Shown piece by piece: positions 1-9,522 of a stretch of 64,000 nt of DNA. Source of the stretch: a bacterium. Its GTDB lineage: Bacteria > SZUA-182 > DTGQ01. A program made the translations under genes and the position numbers. Numbering within the stretch: the first letter of the stretch is position 1; every line of letters begins with the position of its first letter. The stretch covers positions 9,789 through 73,788 of the forward strand of contig JBFMGO010000009.1 of the NCBI GenBank assembly GCA_040752695.1, in the 5' to 3' direction. The notes under the pieces are model-generated. The model ran no database searches, was not told the DNA's origin, and was given only the letters and a program-made list of their open reading frames with translations.

Positions 1-173
1 GAACCCAATGTCATACTACATTTACTTGATATTGTTGAAAATGCCATTATAAGTCAGGTACACCAAATACCTGCGAAACTTTAGTTAATAGTATATTATA
101 TGTTATATTGATTGCGGTAGAACTGTTAGTTTTTTGTGTATTTCTGTCAATTTATTAGGGAAGGAGATGTACG

Positions 174-3100
174 ATGAGGAAACTTTGGGTGCAAGGGGTA
201 ATTGGGGGGTTATTTTTCCTGCTTCATTTCACAACTCTCAACTTCATGGGTTTTAGGTTCAGCTCCTATTGCTTTGCCGAGACTAATGTTGGCGGCCCCG
301 TAAGGGGGAATGTTACCTGGAGCCTGAATAAAAGCCCCTATATTGTGAAAAGCTCCATTTCGGTTGTGTCGGGTGCTACCTTGACTATAGAGCCAGGGGT
401 GGAAGTGCGGCTTCAGGAAGGCAAGGCCGTCCAGGTAGATGGAACTCTGATAGCCAGAGGGACAGTGGATGCGAAGATTGTCTTTACGACATATCAAAAA
501 AGTCCCTTGGTCAGATGGGGTTACATTCTATTTACGGATAGTAGTGTTGATGCTACAGTTGATGGGGAAAATTACACGGGAGGATCGATCCTGGAGCATT
601 GCCTTGTGGAATATGCCAATGGTGGGGATAGACAGGGTGCTGTAATATGCGAAAAAGCTTCGCCACTTTTCAACTATTGCGAGATCAGGAATAATACAAT
701 CTCAGGGATGAGGATAACTGATAGTTCTAATTTAGTAACCAATTGTAACATAAATAATAACATCTCAGCTTCCTCTGGAGCAGGAATTAATGCAAGTGGT
801 AATAGTACGCTGACTATCATCTCAAGTACAATTACTAACAATGCTTCGGGAGGAACATCGGGAGGAGGAGGAATCTGTTTTACATCACCTGGTATCCTGA
901 CCATCATTTCAAGTACAATTACGAATAACTCTGCAGCTCCAACGCCAGGCAGTGGAAACAATAATTTTTGGGGAGGGGGAATAGCTGCGAATAGTGGTGT
1001 AATTAATATATCTTCCAGCACAGTGGCGGGAAATACCGCGAAAAGGTTCGGAGGAGGAATTCGGGCAAGTGGTTCATCCATAACTGTTTCCAATTGCAAA
1101 ATAGTGAATAATTCTGCTGAAGGATCTGGCGGCGGAATTGCCATGTCGGTGCCTAACGTGACGATAACATCAAGTACTCTATCCAGTAATGTCAGTCATG
1201 GTGCTGGTGGTGGCATTTTTGGTGAATATTGCGGGTCAACGAATATTTCTTATTGCACCATTTACGATAACAAGGCCACCAGCAGGGGAGGAGGCATTGA
1301 TGTAAGAGGCGCTAGTAGTCATAATATTTCTCATAATTTGTTTATGGATAACTCTAGCACGAATCACGGTGCTTTTATTTCGGACGAAAATAGCGCCTCC
1401 TTAAAGCTTACCAATAACACTTTCTTTAGTAATAAGAGCGGACTCTCAGGTATATACCTTAAAGGGACTGCTTACACCATCAGTAACAACAATATCTACG
1501 ATAACCCAACCCAATACGATATTTACTGTGACAATCCCTCTGCATCCCCGGTGCTTAATGCCACCAATAACTACTGGGGCACAGAAGATGAATTCGAAAT
1601 CACCGAGCGTATCTATGACTGGTATGACGACAGCAGCAAAGGCAAGGTGGAATACTATCCCTTCCTGACTGCACCATCCCCTGATGCCCCTCTCCCTGCT
1701 TATTATTTAGACAATGACCAGGATGGCTATGGTGATTCCAGTAAGCCAATGCAAACCTTGACAGCTACCCAGGGCTATGTAGATAATCCCAATGATTGCA
1801 ATGATAATGATGCTACTATCAATCCCGCTGCTCAGGAAGTCTGTGATAACATGGATAATGACTGCGATGATAAGATAGATGAGGATCTTACCCAAACGTG
1901 TCCTGATGGCGAGGGGAAAGCCAGTTGCCAGAACGGTCAGTGGGTGGGTTGTTGTGTTCCAACGCCCGAAACCTGCGACAGCAAGGATAATGACTGTGAT
2001 AGCAAGATAGACGAAGACCTGACCCAGACCTGCTCCACTGCCTGCGGTCAAGGCATAGAAACCTGCCAGAACGGGAAATGGACGGGGTGTACTGCACCAC
2101 AGCCACAAACAGAGACTTGCGATGGGAAAGATAATGATTGCGACAATCAGATAGATGAGGAAGTAAAGAGTACCTATTATGCAGATAATGACAAAGATAC
2201 CTATGGCAATCCCTCTCAAAGCATTCAAGCGTGCTCTGCACCTTCCGGCTATGTTGTAGATAAAACTGATTGTAATGATACAGATAACCGCATTCACCCT
2301 GGAGCACCTGAAATCCCCTGCAATGACAAAGACGATGACTGTGTAGGAGGAGATGATTGCAGTCACATAGGAGAGTGTGTAGAAGATAATTCGGGGACAA
2401 TAGATATCGTAGGCACTCAAGAAAGGGTCGGAGGCGAAATTCAAATCCCTATAAGAATTCAATCTGCACCTGGTGAAGTTAATTCTATCGGTTTTGAAGT
2501 GGCGTATGATCCGAGCATTTTGGAATACACAGGCTTTGAGCAAAAGGATTTAGTCGCTTCTTTTGATATGCTTAATATCAACCCCTCTGGTTCTGGCAGG
2601 TTAAAAGTGGCCGGGTTTTCAGCCACAGGAGGTATTGTACAGGGAGCAAGTGGTGATTTGATCCACTTAAAATTCAAGGTAAAAAGCGGTCAAGAAAATG
2701 AATGCTATCCTTTGCAACTGGAGAATTTAAAAGATCACATAACCAATTTTTCTCATTCAAGTGGATGTTTTTGTATCCATAGCTGTAATGGAGATCTTAA
2801 TAATGATGGAGAAATTACTCCACTTGATGCCCTCATCGCCTTTAAATGCTACCTGGGCTTGTTGGACTCTTGCCCTGATTATGCTGATGTAAATCAGGAC
2901 GGCGAGATAACTCCGCTCGATGCTCTTTGTTTGTTTCAAGAATATCTGGGGCAACCATCCTGTTTAGATAAACAGATATGTACTGATCATGATGGAGATG
3001 GTTTTGCCGTTGAAGGTGGGAAATGTGGTCCAATAGATTGCAACGATAGTGATTCAGCTACTTACCCAGGAGCTAAGGAAACGTGTGTAGATGGACAAGA

Positions 3101-4037
3101 TCAGGATTGCGATGGATCAGATCTTGTATGTCCACCTGAAGGAGAACTATTATCACAACTTTCTTTAGGATCCTCTCCTTATGAGTGGAAGGATAAGAAG
3201 TCCGAGTGGAATAAATATCTTGATAACTTATGGAAGAACTACTTTGATAACTTACCTGATACAAAAAGTGAAAAATTTAAGAAGATGGAACTGGATGCTA
3301 TATGCAAACTAATCAAACGAATCCAAGGAGATCTTGATAGTATAGAAATGGCTGAAGATGTGTACGACGGCCTTCTTACCACTACACGTGAGGAAACTGA
3401 TAAAGATTATTTTTACCCTTTATGGATAGATGTAGTAGGCTGGGATTCTACTGAAAATTCTATTAAAAATTGGTATGATCTGATATATGGTGCGAATAGT
3501 TGGGATAGTTATTGTGCAACTTATTGTGCAAGTACCCCACAGTGTTGCGAGAAAGCCCGAGATTGGTTCGCACGAAATGTTGTTTATGAAAAATTCTGGC
3601 GGGATTATCTTGGTCTGTTTTCTGATGGTATATTGGCCGTCAGCTCTCTAAAAGACCTAATCGAAAGAGCATCAGAATCAGATCCAAAATTCAAAGAATG
3701 GTGTGGATTAAAAATGTGTCAATACCCAGAAGATTACTATATAATGGAATGCTCAGGAACATGTTCTGAAGCCAATAGTTGGGAGCAGTGTGGACCAATG
3801 GGCTGTAAATTGGAGTGGGGAGCAAGTTGTGCAAGGGTTTACTATAACTGTATAGACGAAGTTGTCAGGAAAGACGGTGATGGCGGAGTTGGAGGGATAG
3901 GCTCAAAGCCAAATTTAGATTCTGTCTGTGATAAATATATGAAAGGTGCTCTATCACGTCTTCTAGAAGCTAAAGGACTAGGACCCTGGGATGGGGGGCT
4001 TACGTATACTGGACCTCCAGTTTACCTTAGGGAGTAA
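174..4037 (+). CDS. Large secreted multidomain surface protein: N-terminal right-handed parallel beta-helix repeats, Cys/Asp-rich 'DNDCD' repeats (MopE-like), cohesin domain, two dockerin repeats, Cys-rich C-terminal domain
   Basis: 1287-aa ORF with RBS GGAAGGAG before the ATG and a hydrophobic N-terminus. Repeats 'NNxISxxxSGxGGGI' are typical of pectate-lyase/NosD-like beta-helices. Tandem 'CDxKDNDCDxxIDEDLTQTC' repeats. 'IQIPIRIQSAPGEVNSIGFEVAYDPSILEYTGFE' is cohesin-like. 'DLNNDGEITPLDAL' and 'DVNQDGEITPLDAL' form a canonical dockerin calcium-binding repeat pair. Confidence 0.6.
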   Translation: MRKLWVQGVIGGLFFLLHFTTLNFMGFRFSSYCFAETNVGGPVRGNVTWSLNKSPYIVKSSISVVSGATLTIEPGVEVRLQEGKAVQVDGTLIARGTVDAKIVFTTYQKSPLVRWGYILFTDSSVDATVDGENYTGGSILEHCLVEYANGGDRQGAVICEKASPLFNYCEIRNNTISGMRITDSSNLVTNCNINNNISASSGAGINASGNSTLTIISSTITNNASGGTSGGGGICFTSPGILTIISSTITNNSAAPTPGSGNNNFWGGGIAANSGVINISSSTVAGNTAKRFGGGIRASGSSITVSNCKIVNNSAEGSGGGIAMSVPNVTITSSTLSSNVSHGAGGGIFGEYCGSTNISYCTIYDNKATSRGGGIDVRGASSHNISHNLFMDNSSTNHGAFISDENSASLKLTNNTFFSNKSGLSGIYLKGTAYTISNNNIYDNPTQYDIYCDNPSASPVLNATNNYWGTEDEFEITERIYDWYDDSSKGKVEYYPFLTAPSPDAPLPAYYLDNDQDGYGDSSKPMQTLTATQGYVDNPNDCNDNDATINPAAQEVCDNMDNDCDDKIDEDLTQTCPDGEGKASCQNGQWVGCCVPTPETCDSKDNDCDSKIDEDLTQTCSTACGQGIETCQNGKWTGCTAPQPQTETCDGKDNDCDNQIDEEVKSTYYADNDKDTYGNPSQSIQACSAPSGYVVDKTDCNDTDNRIHPGAPEIPCNDKDDDCVGGDDCSHIGECVEDNSGTIDIVGTQERVGGEIQIPIRIQSAPGEVNSIGFEVAYDPSILEYTGFEQKDLVASFDMLNINPSGSGRLKVAGFSATGGIVQGASGDLIHLKFKVKSGQENECYPLQLENLKDHITNFSHSSGCFCIHSCNGDLNNDGEITPLDALIAFKCYLGLLDSCPDYADVNQDGEITPLDALCLFQEYLGQPSCLDKQICTDHDGDGFAVEGGKCGPIDCNDSDSATYPGAKETCVDGQDQDCDGSDLVCPPEGELLSQLSLGSSPYEWKDKKSEWNKYLDNLWKNYFDNLPDTKSEKFKKMELDAICKLIKRIQGDLDSIEMAEDVYDGLLTTTREETDKDYFYPLWIDVVGWDSTENSIKNWYDLIYGANSWDSYCATYCASTPQCCEKARDWFARNVVYEKFWRDYLGLFSDGILAVSSLKDLIERASESDPKFKEWCGLKMCQYPEDYYIMECSGTCSEANSWEQCGPMGCKLEWGASCARVYYNCIDEVVRKDGDGGVGGIGSKPNLDSVCDKYMKGALSRLLEAKGLGPWDGGLTYTGPPVYLRE

Positions 4038-4168
4038 AAATAAGGTGGGGAATATCTGATAAGGGATTCTTAAGAAGTTCGCACAGAAGCTGGCAGAAGG
4101 TTTTGATACCTTATTTTCTACTACCACGGGCTACGCTCAGTTAGATGAGAGAGGAGGCCAGGAAATAT

Positions 4169-4345
4169 TTAATGCACGGAACAGGAAAAGCACGGGTCAT
4201 AGGCACGGATGAGCTGTTCGCATTTCATACGCAGTGCCTCATCTTCGTCGCTTTGGGCATAGCTCTGAGCCAGTGAGCGAAGATCCTTTTCGATATTGGC
4301 AAAGTTATGGGAGGTGGGGGTGTAAAAATGCAACCGGTTTGAGAG
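4169..4345 (-). pseudogene. Possible remnant of a [NiFe]-hydrogenase large subunit C-terminus (ends ...LIRAYDPCFSCSVH*)
   Basis: Minus-strand translation ends 'HNFANIEKDLRSLAQSYAQSDEDEALRMKCEQLIRAYDPCFSCSVH' then stop. The C-terminal 'DPCxxCxxH' is the Ni-binding/maturation-cleavage motif of NiFe hydrogenase large subunits. Upstream residues are low-complexity and no start codon is evident, so I read this as a fragment. Confidence 0.3.
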
Positions 4346-4616
4346 AAGGAGATTGGGGAGCGAAACGGGAAATAAGAGGTTGATAGAACTAGAAAAATGA
4401 CGGGTTGATGACCTGTTTCAATGTGCGAAAAATTTTTCGCCATTTTCCTGCTTTGTTCGATCAGAGGAAAATAGCTCTATATTTATCATTGAATATAAAA
4501 AAGTAGGGTAATGAGAAATTGAAGGAGAAATTAATAAAGTAGGTGTCATAAAGGAAGGGTTAGAGAGAATATTATCAAATCAAGGCGTTGACCTTGATCA
4601 GGCGGGCAGGAAATGG

Positions 4617-4737
4617 AATCACACAAAGGCACAAAGACCACAAAGGGGGAAGACCGTTGTCGCCTGACAATTTTGTTCTTTGTAACCCTGATCCTCTATG
4701 CCTTTGTCCCTTTGTGGCCTTTGTGGTCTTGGTGTGA
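4617..4737. repeat. Imperfect long inverted repeat built from 'CACAAAG' units (hairpin-forming); candidate IS91-type terminal (ori/ter-like) structure
   Basis: 'cacaaaggcacaaagaccacaaaggggg' at 4622-4649 is largely complementary to 'cctttgtccctttgtggcctttgtggtcttggtgtg' at 4701-4736. It lies just beyond the 3' end of the IS91-like transposase gene. Confidence 0.45.
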
Positions 4738-4911
4738 GATGGCTTTTTTTTGTAGTTCGATGAACTTATCGCCCTTCGGGCGGACTTTTACTCTTGGTCT
4801 ACACACTCCATAGTATAATTATCACACCCTGGACATCCGATCTTTGGCATATATCCTTCATGGTACTCATTGTTGAATTTGGCCATCCCGATTCCAACAT
4901 CAATGATTGCC

Positions 4912-6051
4912 TCATTGACTAGAAGCTCCGTTCCACACACCGAACAGCGGTAATTGTACTCTTTTGGAGGAGGACCGAATGGCTCTTCCATCACCTTCAT
5001 CATTGAAGGGTTTTTGCTCCTTTGTCTCATATTTACCTTTCTTCATCTCCTCAAGCTCGTTATAGATAATACCATATTTGGGGTGCCATATTAGCCAGAT
5101 ACCCATCTCTTGCCCACAACGGGGACAAATGAACGGATCTTTCCCTGTGCTCTCCTGGTATCTTTCCCGATAGGTTTTAGGAGTGATAATCTGAATCGCA
5201 CCATGAACTGCTCTCTTTATTTTGGCCAGGGCTTCTCGAACAATTACCTTAATCTTCTCGAAAGTCTTGGTCGCTTGAACCCCGTAATACCTGATCCTTT
5301 TAAACCCTTTGGGAAGAACATGCTGGATCATTCTCCCGATAAAGGTATATACATCCACGATCTCTTTCTCTACCTTCTCCGTCTTGTGAGACCGGTAATG
5401 ATAGGTCACGCTCTGCCCATCATAGGCATCTATTCTTCTCACCGAAATCGGTGGACTCACCACATATTTAGCCAGGTATTTGGCTAAACTCTTATAGCGG
5501 GCTGGTACATCCCCTGTTTGCACATGGGCTACAAACCCTTTCGGATAGCGCTCGTAGCAATAATCTACCAACCTGTCTATCTCATCCGTATCCAACTGCT
5601 CTCTTAACATCTCCAGCAAATACCACTGCCACTTCCTATGCAGCACATGATACGGTAAATAATTCAAAGAGACCCACTTGCAACTCTCCTCATCCAATCC
5701 CCCGCTGGTTGCTATAATGTGAAGATGGGGATTATATTGACCATTTCTCCCATGAGTCTGGAGCACTACTATGTAGCCTCCCTTTAACCTCTTCCTACTC
5801 ACGCAGCTAAAAAAATCATCCAGACACTTGTTTACAAGTCTCATGAACGGCCCCAATAATTCTGGATGATTGTAGAAGGTCTGACGTAAAACTTCTGGTA
5901 CGGTCAGTATAATATGCCGGTAGATCACTCCCTCATGCAGCATCTTGCTTATCTGGCTAACCCAATCATCTACATACACCTTCCCGCATCGCAAGCACAG
6001 TGAACACTTGCAACTCATCGATACTATTCTTGTCCCCTGCCCGCAATGCAT
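4912..6051 (-). CDS. IS91-family transposase, main body (HUH motif 'NPHLHIIATSGGL', C-terminal CxxC zinc ribbon)
   Basis: 'GGYIVVLQTHGRNGQYNPHLHIIATSGGL' matches the IS91/IS801 HUH motif. 'SMSCKCSLCLRCGK' is the N-terminal zinc-binding domain. C-terminal 'CPRCGQEM'. Confidence 0.75.
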   Translation of the reverse strand: MHCGQGTRIVSMSCKCSLCLRCGKVYVDDWVSQISKMLHEGVIYRHIILTVPEVLRQTFYNHPELLGPFMRLVNKCLDDFFSCVSRKRLKGGYIVVLQTHGRNGQYNPHLHIIATSGGLDEESCKWVSLNYLPYHVLHRKWQWYLLEMLREQLDTDEIDRLVDYCYERYPKGFVAHVQTGDVPARYKSLAKYLAKYVVSPPISVRRIDAYDGQSVTYHYRSHKTEKVEKEIVDVYTFIGRMIQHVLPKGFKRIRYYGVQATKTFEKIKVIVREALAKIKRAVHGAIQIITPKTYRERYQESTGKDPFICPRCGQEMGIWLIWHPKYGIIYNELEEMKKGKYETKEQKPFNDEGDGRAIRSSSKRVQLPLFGVWNGASSQ

Positions 6052-6224
6052 AATCGGTACTCAATATAGCCCATCTTTTCCGGCGTGCCACAGGCCAACA
6101 TCCTCTCCACCAGGTTGTCATAATAGGGAGTATCGTACAATGGGTACAATCTCTTGAATTCTTCCCAATGATCGGCGAATATCTGTTTGAATACGCTCCA
6201 GCCTGGCTTCTGCTTCCCTCCCAT
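6024..6224 (-). pseudogene. N-terminal fragment of the same IS91 transposase, separated from the body by an apparent 1-nt frameshift near 6046
   Basis: 'FADHWEEFKRLYPLYDTPYYDNLVERMLACGTPEKMGYIEYRLC' resembles the IS91 TnpA N-terminus (ERMLAC...KMGY.EYRC). The frame is offset from the 379-aa ORF and overlaps it by 28 nt. Restoring one C in 'ttatgcattgcggg' would give 'YRLCHCGQG'. Confidence 0.5.
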
Positions 6225-6332
6225 AGCTGATCATTATAGACATCACCTTATCATATTGCAATCGTTACCTTTGTACTAAGACCACCCGCCAAGCCGCATA
6301 AAAAAAGTGAAAATTCCTATGCAGAGCAGCCG

Positions 6333-7253
6333 TTACATCCGGGTGACTTCTCGACGGGATTCAAGCACAAAATTCCAAAGGGCCTGAGCGACCGGCGAAA
6401 GGGTTTTCGAGCGAAGACGAACAAGATAGAAATTTCTGGTGAACCGTGCATTGCGCAAGGGGACAGCTTTCAAAAGGCTGGCTGCAAGTTCACATTTCAG
6501 TGCAGCTCCTGGGATGAGACAGACACCCATGCCTGCCACGGCAGCCCGCTTTACCGCTTCGATGCTGCCCATGTGCGCCACGACCTTGAGCTCTGATTGG
6601 GATATGTTTTTTTGGGAAAATACCCTTTCGATCAATCGCCTGGTCCCAGATCCTTCCTCTCTCATGATAAACGGGAACTCTCTGGCCTGGGCCAGAGTGA
6701 GATTTTCGGAAATCTCAGGGAAATGAATTGGAGAATAGGTGAGCAAAAGCTCATCGTCGCCCAGAATGCAGGAGGCGAATTGCTCTTCATCAGGCATGCT
6801 GCCCACTGCTCCAAGCTCCACTTTCTCCAGGCAGACATCCCGTAAGATACTGGCCGTGTTTCCCGTAATAAGGTGAACAGTGACCTTTGGGTGTACCTTT
6901 ATGAAACCGGATATGATATCCGGCAGGATATAGGCTGCCGGTGTCGTGCTTCCACCAAGCGAAACGCTCCCCTCGATTCTGTTTAAAAAGGTATTGACCG
7001 CAGCAATGGCCTCTGTGCGTGCGGTAATAACTTTTAACCCCATTCGATACAATACCTCACCGGCCGGCGTAAGATGAATCCGGTTCTTACGGCGGTCGAA
7101 TAGTGGTACGCCCAGTTCAGATTCAACGGTTCGAATATGAGTGCTGATTGTGGACTGCTTGATGCCAAGACACAGCGCGGCCTCGGAGAAGCTCCCCAAT
7201 TCTGCACAGGTACAAAAAACTTCCAGATGATGAATGTCTATATTCATCTTCAT
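6333..7253 (-). CDS. LysR-family transcriptional regulator
   Basis: N-terminal HTH 'IHHLEVFCTCAELGSFSEAALCLGIKQSTISTHIRTVESELGVPLFDR' followed by a LysR substrate-binding domain. First gene of the selenium-associated same-strand array. Confidence 0.85.
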   Translation of the reverse strand: MKMNIDIHHLEVFCTCAELGSFSEAALCLGIKQSTISTHIRTVESELGVPLFDRRKNRIHLTPAGEVLYRMGLKVITARTEAIAAVNTFLNRIEGSVSLGGSTTPAAYILPDIISGFIKVHPKVTVHLITGNTASILRDVCLEKVELGAVGSMPDEEQFASCILGDDELLLTYSPIHFPEISENLTLAQAREFPFIMREEGSGTRRLIERVFSQKNISQSELKVVAHMGSIEAVKRAAVAGMGVCLIPGAALKCELAASLLKAVPLRNARFTRNFYLVRLRSKTLSPVAQALWNFVLESRREVTRM

Positions 7254-7367
7254 TCATCTTCACCTCACCTCAATGAATCCCTTATGCCTGTTTCAACGAA
7301 TCCCTTGTCTCAATGAATCCCCTGATGTTTTACTGTATGTCTTACTGTAGTCTTGCCTCATCTTCGT

Positions 7368-8525
7368 CTATTCGCCTCTCGCATAGGATTTTAATGCATA
7401 TATGGCAATGTCAATCTCCTTCTCGGTATTAAAATAAGACAGGGAAAACCGGACCGTTCCATGCGGAAAAGTGCCCAGGGTTTGATGAGCCAGCGGTGCA
7501 CAGTGCAGCCCTGGTCTTGCGCATATTCTCCACTCGCGGTCAAGGTAATAGGAAATTTCTGAAGCCAATGCTCCCTTCATGTTAAATGAAACCACAGCTA
7601 CCCGCTCGGCTTCGGGTGCGTAAACTTCAATCTCATCAATTTCCCGGAGCTTTTGCAGCAGATACTGCGTTAATTGCTGTTCACGCTCGATGATCTTCTC
7701 TATTCCCTCATCCAGAATGAACTGAATACCTGCGCCTAGGCCAGCCAGTCCTGGCGTGTTTACTGTTCCTGCTTCGAATTTATCCGGTGGAAAATCGGGC
7801 TGAACTGCTTTTTCCGATAAACTGCCCGTCCCTCCGCACATAAAGGGTGCGAGAGCATCAGGATCTTTAACAATGAGAGCGCCGGTCCCCTGAGGCCCGA
7901 AAAGATGCTTATGGCCGGTTATGGCAAAAAGGTCAAACGGCGTCCTGGCTAAATCTATCTTCATTGCCCCTGCACCCTGCGCACCATCGACCAGGAGTTT
8001 CACCCCCTTTGCCCTGCACGTTTCATATATTCCAGCCAGATCAAGCTTCGTGCCGCACACATTGGAGGCTGAAGTAACGGCAGCAAGTCTGGTTTCATTG
8101 CCTATGGCTGCTTCGATCTTTTGAGGAGTGATCAGGCCGTTTCTGTCCCCCTGGACGATTTTAAGCTTGATCCGGCCTTTGTTTTTAAGATGATTGAGCG
8201 GTCTTTGCACTGAATTGTGTTCCATAGAGGTGGTTAAGACTTCCCCCCCCGATTCCGATTCCATGGTTCCGTAAAGGGCTATATTCAGTGCTTCCGTGGC
8301 GTTTTTAGTCAGGATGACTTTTTCCGTTTCGGGAAAATTGAAAAGCTCCCCTATTGCCTCACGGCAGTGATAGACAATCTCTGCCGCTTTGATTGACAAA
8401 AGATGTGAGGACCTGCCCGGATTGGCATTGGTATTTTTCAGGCAATCAATGATAGCCTCAGTCACTGAAAGGGGCTTGGTTCCCGAAGTGGCTGCATGGT
8501 CGAAATAAATTACTTTTTGCTCCAT
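7368..8525 (-). CDS. Class V aminotransferase: cysteine desulfurase / selenocysteine lyase-like enzyme
   Basis: PLP-lysine motif 'ITGHKHLFGPQGTGALIV' and the overall NifS/CsdA-like pattern, 385 aa. Confidence 0.75.
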   Translation of the reverse strand: MEQKVIYFDHAATSGTKPLSVTEAIIDCLKNTNANPGRSSHLLSIKAAEIVYHCREAIGELFNFPETEKVILTKNATEALNIALYGTMESESGGEVLTTSMEHNSVQRPLNHLKNKGRIKLKIVQGDRNGLITPQKIEAAIGNETRLAAVTSASNVCGTKLDLAGIYETCRAKGVKLLVDGAQGAGAMKIDLARTPFDLFAITGHKHLFGPQGTGALIVKDPDALAPFMCGGTGSLSEKAVQPDFPPDKFEAGTVNTPGLAGLGAGIQFILDEGIEKIIEREQQLTQYLLQKLREIDEIEVYAPEAERVAVVSFNMKGALASEISYYLDREWRICARPGLHCAPLAHQTLGTFPHGTVRFSLSYFNTEKEIDIAIYALKSYARGE

Positions 8526-8667
8526 TATTCTGCTTTGCTTTATCTTGCGGCGATTAGGTTTTCATGACGGCTATCAAATTAAATGATAGCTATCAAATTA
8601 AATGCTGGTAATTAAATTAAGTGCTGGCTTAAAGTAAATGGTAGTTATTATTATCAAACGATGGTTA

Positions 8668-9351
8668 TTAAATGGTAATCACCTTGGTTGATGTGAGCAT
8701 AGCTTCTGAAATATCATACATGTTGGAAATTTTGCCTGCGCCGAGCTCTCCGGTGAGATGAAAGTAATTCAGGCAGGTTCCGCAGACCAGAAGCTCAATT
8801 CCTTTTTCTTCGAGCTCCTGCAGATAAGCAAGGGTTCCGGCCCCCTTGATCGTCAATTTTACGCCGCTGTTCATGAAACAGATTGTTCTGGGTTGAACGG
8901 ACAGATCTTTAATGGTGGCTATGAAGGCATTGAGGAGGTTAATGCCCAATTCATCACCGCCCTGCCCAATGCGGTCCCTGGTAATGAAGATCGTTGTGCT
9001 TGTGCCTGCCTGGTAGGGGGAGGTACAGGAGTAGTCTTCCGGATTGAATCCAGCCATCGATTTCATTGATTCTTTTAATTTCATTGATCCTGATGGTTCT
9101 GTGGTTATCACCTGGCCCGACAAATCATTGGCAGGTCCAGCCTGAGTGTATATGTGAAATTCGCCCTTCTGCTCTTCCACACGGTCAATCTGTGCTCCGC
9201 TGCGCTTAAGAAACCTTACTACGTTATCCCTTGATGCTGCGCTGCTGACCATTACCAAAAGAGACTGTCCGCTCGCCTGCTCAAATGCTTCCTTTGTCTT
9301 TACCACAGGTTTGGGGCAATCCAACCCTCTGGCGTCTACGAGTATTGACAT
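8668..9351 (-). CDS. yedF: YedF-like selenium-metabolism protein (TusA-like N-domain with CPxP motif plus DsrE-like domain)
   Basis: N-terminal 'LDCPKPVVKTKEAF' is the TusA CPxP motif. The ~130-aa C-terminal half is DsrE/DsrF-like. Size and architecture match YedF. Confidence 0.65.
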   Translation of the reverse strand: MSILVDARGLDCPKPVVKTKEAFEQASGQSLLVMVSSAASRDNVVRFLKRSGAQIDRVEEQKGEFHIYTQAGPANDLSGQVITTEPSGSMKLKESMKSMAGFNPEDYSCTSPYQAGTSTTIFITRDRIGQGGDELGINLLNAFIATIKDLSVQPRTICFMNSGVKLTIKGAGTLAYLQELEEKGIELLVCGTCLNYFHLTGELGAGKISNMYDISEAMLTSTKVITI

Positions 9352-9522
9352 ATGAATCCTCCTTACTTCTTGTCTCTATTTCTTGTCTCTGGATGCTGGT
9401 TTCTGATTGCTGGTCTTCCGGATGCTGGATGCTGTTTTTTTGTATACCTGGGTGCCAGTGCTGCCCGCCAGAAAGTTAATCGCCGGTTTCTTCCCCTTGA
9501 GGCAGGATAGCCTGCCTATCCC

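Larger units (their letters stand above)
4617..6240 (-). mobile_element. IS91-family (rolling-circle, HUH-Y2) insertion sequence, apparently inactivated by a frameshift; boundaries approximate
   Basis: Transposase ORFs at 4912-6051 and 6024-6224 plus the hairpin-forming terminal repeat. IS91-like elements have no classic terminal inverted repeats, so the ends are a guess. Confidence 0.45.

Noticed and set aside
210-3264. Multiple minus-strand ORFs (for example 674-1144, 1707-2543, 1888-2400) inside the large surface-protein gene
   Set aside because: They are antisense shadows of a repeat-rich gene (Pro/Ile-rich, no motifs, no RBS). The plus-strand ORF has coherent domain architecture.
4225-4443. 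72-aa minus-strand ORF in the region flanking the IS element
   Set aside because: No start context or motifs. A different frame in the same region gives the hydrogenase-like C-terminal peptide, which is the more informative reading.
4788-5030. 80-aa zinc-ribbon-like ORF (two CxxC pairs) overlapping the 3' end of the IS91 transposase in another frame
   Set aside because: It overlaps the transposase C-terminus by about 120 nt and has no independent RBS. It could be a frameshifted alternative C-terminus, but the evidence is insufficient to call a gene.
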